Origin: Candidatus Saccharimonadota bacterium
GTDB lineage: Bacteria; Patescibacteriota; Patescibacteriia; 2-12-FULL-60-25
Length of the DNA: 32,000 nt
Reading direction: 5' to 3'
Assembly (NCBI GenBank): GCA_022843095.1
Contig: JALHOH010000001.1
Span: forward strand, 210,001 to 242,000
Part shown: piece after piece, positions 28,884-32,000 of the stretch
How positions within the stretch are numbered: position 1 is the first letter of the stretch
Layout of the letters: each line of letters opens with the position of its first letter
Made by a program: the position numbers and the translations under genes
The notes under the pieces: generated by a model
Database searches by the model: none
What the model was told of the DNA's origin: nothing
Seen by the model: the letters and a program-made list of their open reading frames with translations, nothing else

Positions 28884-31193
28884 TTACAGTTGCACGTCTG
28901 TCGGATCGTGCGCAGGGGTCTGCGGGGGGCGCGGGGTGCTGGCACGGCGTTCATCGCCGCCGCGACCATTCCCACGTCCACCAAATCCACCGCGACCTCC
29001 ACCGAATCCGCCACGTCCTCCGCTTGAGGGGCCCGTGTTCTCTGGAGCCGGCGGGTACGTGTTTCCTTCTGCGCGCTTCATGGAGAGGTTGACCCGTCCC
29101 ATGCTGTCGATTTCGTGGACGACCACGTGGACGATATCACCAACCTTCACGATATCTTCCGGCTTTCCGACGCGATACGGGGCCATTTCGCTGACGTGGA
29201 CCAACCCTTCTACCTTCGGAAGGATTTCCACGAACGCTCCAAATGCCATCATACGCGTCACGCGACCGGTAAAGGTTTCTCCAGCCTTCACTTCGCGCGT
29301 CAGCTGCTTGATCCATTCCACCGCCTTCTCCAGCGAGTCCGCGTTGGCGGAGGTGACCATCACCTGACCATCGTCTTCGATGTCGATTTCAACCTTGTGC
29401 GTGGCGATGATCTCGTTGATGACCTTCCCACCCGGACCGATCACGTCACGGATCTTTTCCGGATTAATCTTGAAGGAGACGATGCGTGGCGCATACTTGG
29501 AGAGCTCGGCGCGTGGGGCAGGGATGGCCTGCTCGATCAGATCAAGGAGTTCTGCGCGTGCTTTTTTTGCCTGCACCAACGTTTGTTCAACCACAGACCA
29601 GGGCAATCCGCTGGTTTTCGTGTCCATCTGGATCGCAGTGATCCCGTCGCGCGTCCCGGCGATTTTGAAATCCATCCCCCCTTCGCCATCTTCCAAATCC
29701 TGCAGGTCGGTGATCACCTGATAGCGCCCCGTTTTCTCGTCGCTCGCAAGTCCCATGGCGATCCCAACAACCGGTGCGGCGATCGGAACACCTGCGTCCA
29801 TGAGGGCGAGGGTTGATCCGCACGTTGCGCCCATGGAGCTCGAACCGTTCGAGCCCAGCACTTCGGAGACGACGCGTACCGTGTAGGGGAACTGCTCTTT
29901 TTCCGGAAGGACCGGCATGAGCGCGCGTTCGGCGAGTGCGCCATGACCGATTTCACGACGGCCCGGACCGCGGTTTCCCTTGGTTTCTCCCACCGAATAG
30001 CTGGGGAAGTTGTAGTGGTGGAAATACCGCTTTTTAGCTTGGTATTCCATCGTATCCAGCGTTTGTTCCATGCCCGGCGATCCAAGTGTGACGCTCGAAA
30101 GCACCTGTGTGGATCCACGCTGGAACAATCCGGATCCATGTGTACGCGGCATCACCCCAACCATCGCGCCCAGCGGACGGATCTCGTCTAATCCGCGGCC
30201 ATCGGCGCGCCATTTTTCATCCAAGATTTTGCGGGTGATTTCGGCGTCGACAAACGCATCTACCGTTTCTTCGGCATATTTGCGCTTTTCTTTGCCAATC
30301 CCGAGCTCGGCGAGATGAGCGACCAGATCCTGCTTCAGACGTCGAACTGCGGCTTTGCGATCTGCCTTGGTCCGAAGTGGTTCGGCAAACAGCAAACCAA
30401 TTTTCGTGCGCAGATAGGCCTCTGCCTTTTCGTGAATAGCGGCGATGTCTGCCTTTTTGGCGGCGTCATCTTCGTCCTTCGGCGCCTGCCAGTTGAGCTT
30501 GTTCTTTCCAACTTCTGCGCGGACACGTTCCACGAGGTCGATGATGGGACCGAGTGCAGCGTGCGCAAATTGCATGGCTTCCAGGACGAGTTCTTCGGAG
30601 ACGCGCTTTGCGCCCGCTTCCACCATGAGCGTTTTATCCGCCGTTCCTGCCACGACCAAATCCAAATCTCCGCCATCGGTTTCGGCGTAGGTCGGCATCA
30701 GGATAAATTTTCCGTCTTTGCGTCCAACACGGACGGCGGCAATTGGACCGTTCCACGGAATATCCGAAATCGCGAGCGCACAGGATGCGCCAATGAGTCC
30801 CGGGATATCCGCGTCGTTTTCTTGGTCATGCGAAAACACGGTCGCGACCACGGCGACTTCATTTTTGAATCCGTCCGGAAACAGTGGGCGCACTGCGCGA
30901 TCGATGAGGCGTCCGGAGAGAATGGCTTCATCCGTCGGGCGACCTTCGCGCTTGATGAACCGCGAGCCTTTGATGCGGCCGGCGGCATACATGCGCTCTT
31001 CAAAATCGACCTGAAGCGGAAAAAAATCTCCGTCTTCACGAGCTTCTCCCAACGTTGCGGTGCAAAGCACCACCGTGTCTCCAAATTGGACGACACAAGA
31101 CCCGTTGGCTTGCTGGGCAAGTTGGCCGGTTTTGATGGACAGCGTCCGTCCGGCAACCTCCATGGAATATTCTTTTGCGTGCGGAATAGACAT
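28884..31193 (-). CDS. pnp: Polyribonucleotide nucleotidyltransferase (PNPase) with a C-terminal RGG-rich extension
   Basis: The match is full-length and collinear: two RNase PH domains (e.g. GSSSMGATCGSTLALMDAGVPI), a KH domain (KIRDVIGPGGKVINEI) and an S1 domain (GETFTGRVTRMMAFGAFVEILPKVEGLVHVSE). The family-typical N-terminus starts at MSIPHAKEYSMEVAGRTLSIKTG (ATG 31193); the longest ORF reaches 31280. Confidence 0.97.
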   Translation of the reverse strand: MSIPHAKEYSMEVAGRTLSIKTGQLAQQANGSCVVQFGDTVVLCTATLGEAREDGDFFPLQVDFEERMYAAGRIKGSRFIKREGRPTDEAILSGRLIDRAVRPLFPDGFKNEVAVVATVFSHDQENDADIPGLIGASCALAISDIPWNGPIAAVRVGRKDGKFILMPTYAETDGGDLDLVVAGTADKTLMVEAGAKRVSEELVLEAMQFAHAALGPIIDLVERVRAEVGKNKLNWQAPKDEDDAAKKADIAAIHEKAEAYLRTKIGLLFAEPLRTKADRKAAVRRLKQDLVAHLAELGIGKEKRKYAEETVDAFVDAEITRKILDEKWRADGRGLDEIRPLGAMVGVMPRTHGSGLFQRGSTQVLSSVTLGSPGMEQTLDTMEYQAKKRYFHHYNFPSYSVGETKGNRGPGRREIGHGALAERALMPVLPEKEQFPYTVRVVSEVLGSNGSSSMGATCGSTLALMDAGVPIAAPVVGIAMGLASDEKTGRYQVITDLQDLEDGEGGMDFKIAGTRDGITAIQMDTKTSGLPWSVVEQTLVQAKKARAELLDLIEQAIPAPRAELSKYAPRIVSFKINPEKIRDVIGPGGKVINEIIATHKVEIDIEDDGQVMVTSANADSLEKAVEWIKQLTREVKAGETFTGRVTRMMAFGAFVEILPKVEGLVHVSEMAPYRVGKPEDIVKVGDIVHVVVHEIDSMGRVNLSMKRAEGNTYPPAPENTGPSSGGRGGFGGGRGGFGGRGNGRGGDERRASTPRPPQTPAHDPTDVQL

Positions 31194-31261
31194 AGCGTTA
31201 GCAAATAGTGTGCTCCTCCGGAAACGGAGTGCATAGAGGCACCGGCGTTTCCGGACGAGCA

Positions 31262-31291
31262 GAGGAAAACCATCGCCCAAACGGGCGATGG
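31262..31291 (-). terminator. Rho-independent terminator after the NYN-domain gene
   Basis: A perfect 9-bp stem, CCATCGCCC (31270-31278) / GGGCGATGG (31283-31291), closes a 4-nt loop. On the minus strand it is followed by TTTTCC. Confidence 0.7.
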
Positions 31292-31295
31292 TGTA

Positions 31296-31931
31296 TTAAA
31301 AGGTGATCTTGACCTTACGGCCTCCGGACGCGGTTTTTCCGCTCCGGCGTGGCGTCGCAGGGGCATCCGGCGCCGGTTCATGGTGCGCCGGGGCGATCTC
31401 CGGGGTTTCGGCATCCGCGCCAGGGCGTCGCGCACGGCTGTGCATGAGCACATGGGTCGCTTCGGCGGAAAGGTTGGTGAAGGTACTCGCCGTTTCCTTT
31501 AAGCGAGCGTTTGTGGATTCCTCGAAGGCGACCACCTCCGCAAGCACACCGTTCGCCTTCAGGTACTCCACGAGCGGGACAAAATCCCCATCGCCCGTGA
31601 CCAGCACCACGGCATCCACGCGGGGCGCCATCGCCATCGCATCAACTGCCATGCCGACGTCCCAGTCCGCCTTTTTTGCGCCGCTTGCGAATTCTTGAAC
31701 GTCTTTTACTTTGAGTTCAATGCCGGATTTGGTCAGTGCATCAAAAAAGGCATCTTCTTCGCCCGTTTTTGATTTTGCGACATAGGCGACCGCGCGAATA
31801 AGCTGCCGGCCCGCAAGCGCGGCTTCAACGACCGCGCCAAAATTGACGCGTGCGCCGAACAGATGTTTTGCGGAATGGTACATGTTTTGCGTGTCGATAA
31901 AGATGGCGACGCGCTGAAAAGAGTGTTTCAT
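31296..31931 (-). CDS. NYN-domain (LabA/DUF88-like) putative ribonuclease
   Basis: The translation reads RVAIFIDTQNMYHSAKHLFG...IRAVAYV...ADWDVGMAVDAMAMAPRVDAVVLVTGDGDFVPLVEYLKANG. These are the conserved acidic residues and the layout of the NYN/LabA fold. A basic Pro-rich C-terminal tail follows. Confidence 0.85.
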   Translation of the reverse strand: MKHSFQRVAIFIDTQNMYHSAKHLFGARVNFGAVVEAALAGRQLIRAVAYVAKSKTGEEDAFFDALTKSGIELKVKDVQEFASGAKKADWDVGMAVDAMAMAPRVDAVVLVTGDGDFVPLVEYLKANGVLAEVVAFEESTNARLKETASTFTNLSAEATHVLMHSRARRPGADAETPEIAPAHHEPAPDAPATPRRSGKTASGGRKVKITF

Positions 31932-32000
31932 ACAGGAAGGGCAAAGGATGCGCCCTCAAGAAAAGAATCAATGAACAATTCAAAGAATAGCAGGTTTTAT

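Noticed and set aside
30315-31453. ORFs 30315-31208 (+, 297 aa) and 30698-31453 (-, 251 aa) overlap pnp.
   Set aside because: Both overlap the unambiguous PNPase frame, one antisense and one out of frame, and have biased Arg/Ser/Cys composition.
1-32000. I considered an alternative genetic code (UGA reassignment), as occurs in some candidate phyla.
   Set aside because: TGA terminates yifB (24542-24544), lspA (28859-28861) and the coiled-coil ORF (22239-22241) at family-appropriate lengths. All long genes read cleanly in the standard code.

Overview
This is a 32-kb window of a moderately GC-rich bacterial chromosome. It reads with the standard genetic code: TGA, TAA and TAG each terminate well-supported genes. 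Positions 1-22.4 kb form one co-oriented (+) cell-surface locus. It opens with a 5'-truncated protein (to 3100) carrying Fn3-like domains, a poly-Gly run, a Pro/Thr linker and carboxypeptidase-regulatory-like domains interleaved with TM helices. Two tandem paralogous giant genes follow (3395-12457, about 3020 codons; 12560-18985, 2141 codons). Each has a Sec-type signal peptide, a shared N-terminal domain, repeated ~120-aa 'stalk' modules and 7-bladed LVIVD-type beta-propeller blocks (four in the first gene, two in the second). A short collar motif follows every propeller. Both share a ~600-aa C-terminal region and end in a Pro-rich tail. That region holds two tandem copies of a domain resembling the phage Peptidase_G2 autoproteolytic intramolecular-chaperone domain. 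The locus ends with a polytopic O-antigen-ligase-like (Wzy_C-type) membrane protein with C-terminal TPRs, a small coiled-coil protein and tRNA-Ala(GGC). Positions 22.4-32 kb carry housekeeping genes: a PNPOx-like protein, a LysM-LysM-M23 peptidase, a YifB/ComM-type ATPase and a membrane-anchored hypothetical protein. Next comes a ~740-bp non-coding island that opens with four phased DnaA-box-like 9-mers. After it are a DksA/TraR zinc-finger protein, signal peptidase II, PNPase with an unusual RGG tail, and a NYN-domain protein. I saw no rRNA, CRISPR array, transposase, integrase or recognisable defence gene. The gene content suggests an uncultivated small-genome lineage (Patescibacteria/CPR-like), but that is inference only. 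The best candidate for an undescribed system is the giant modular fibre locus.
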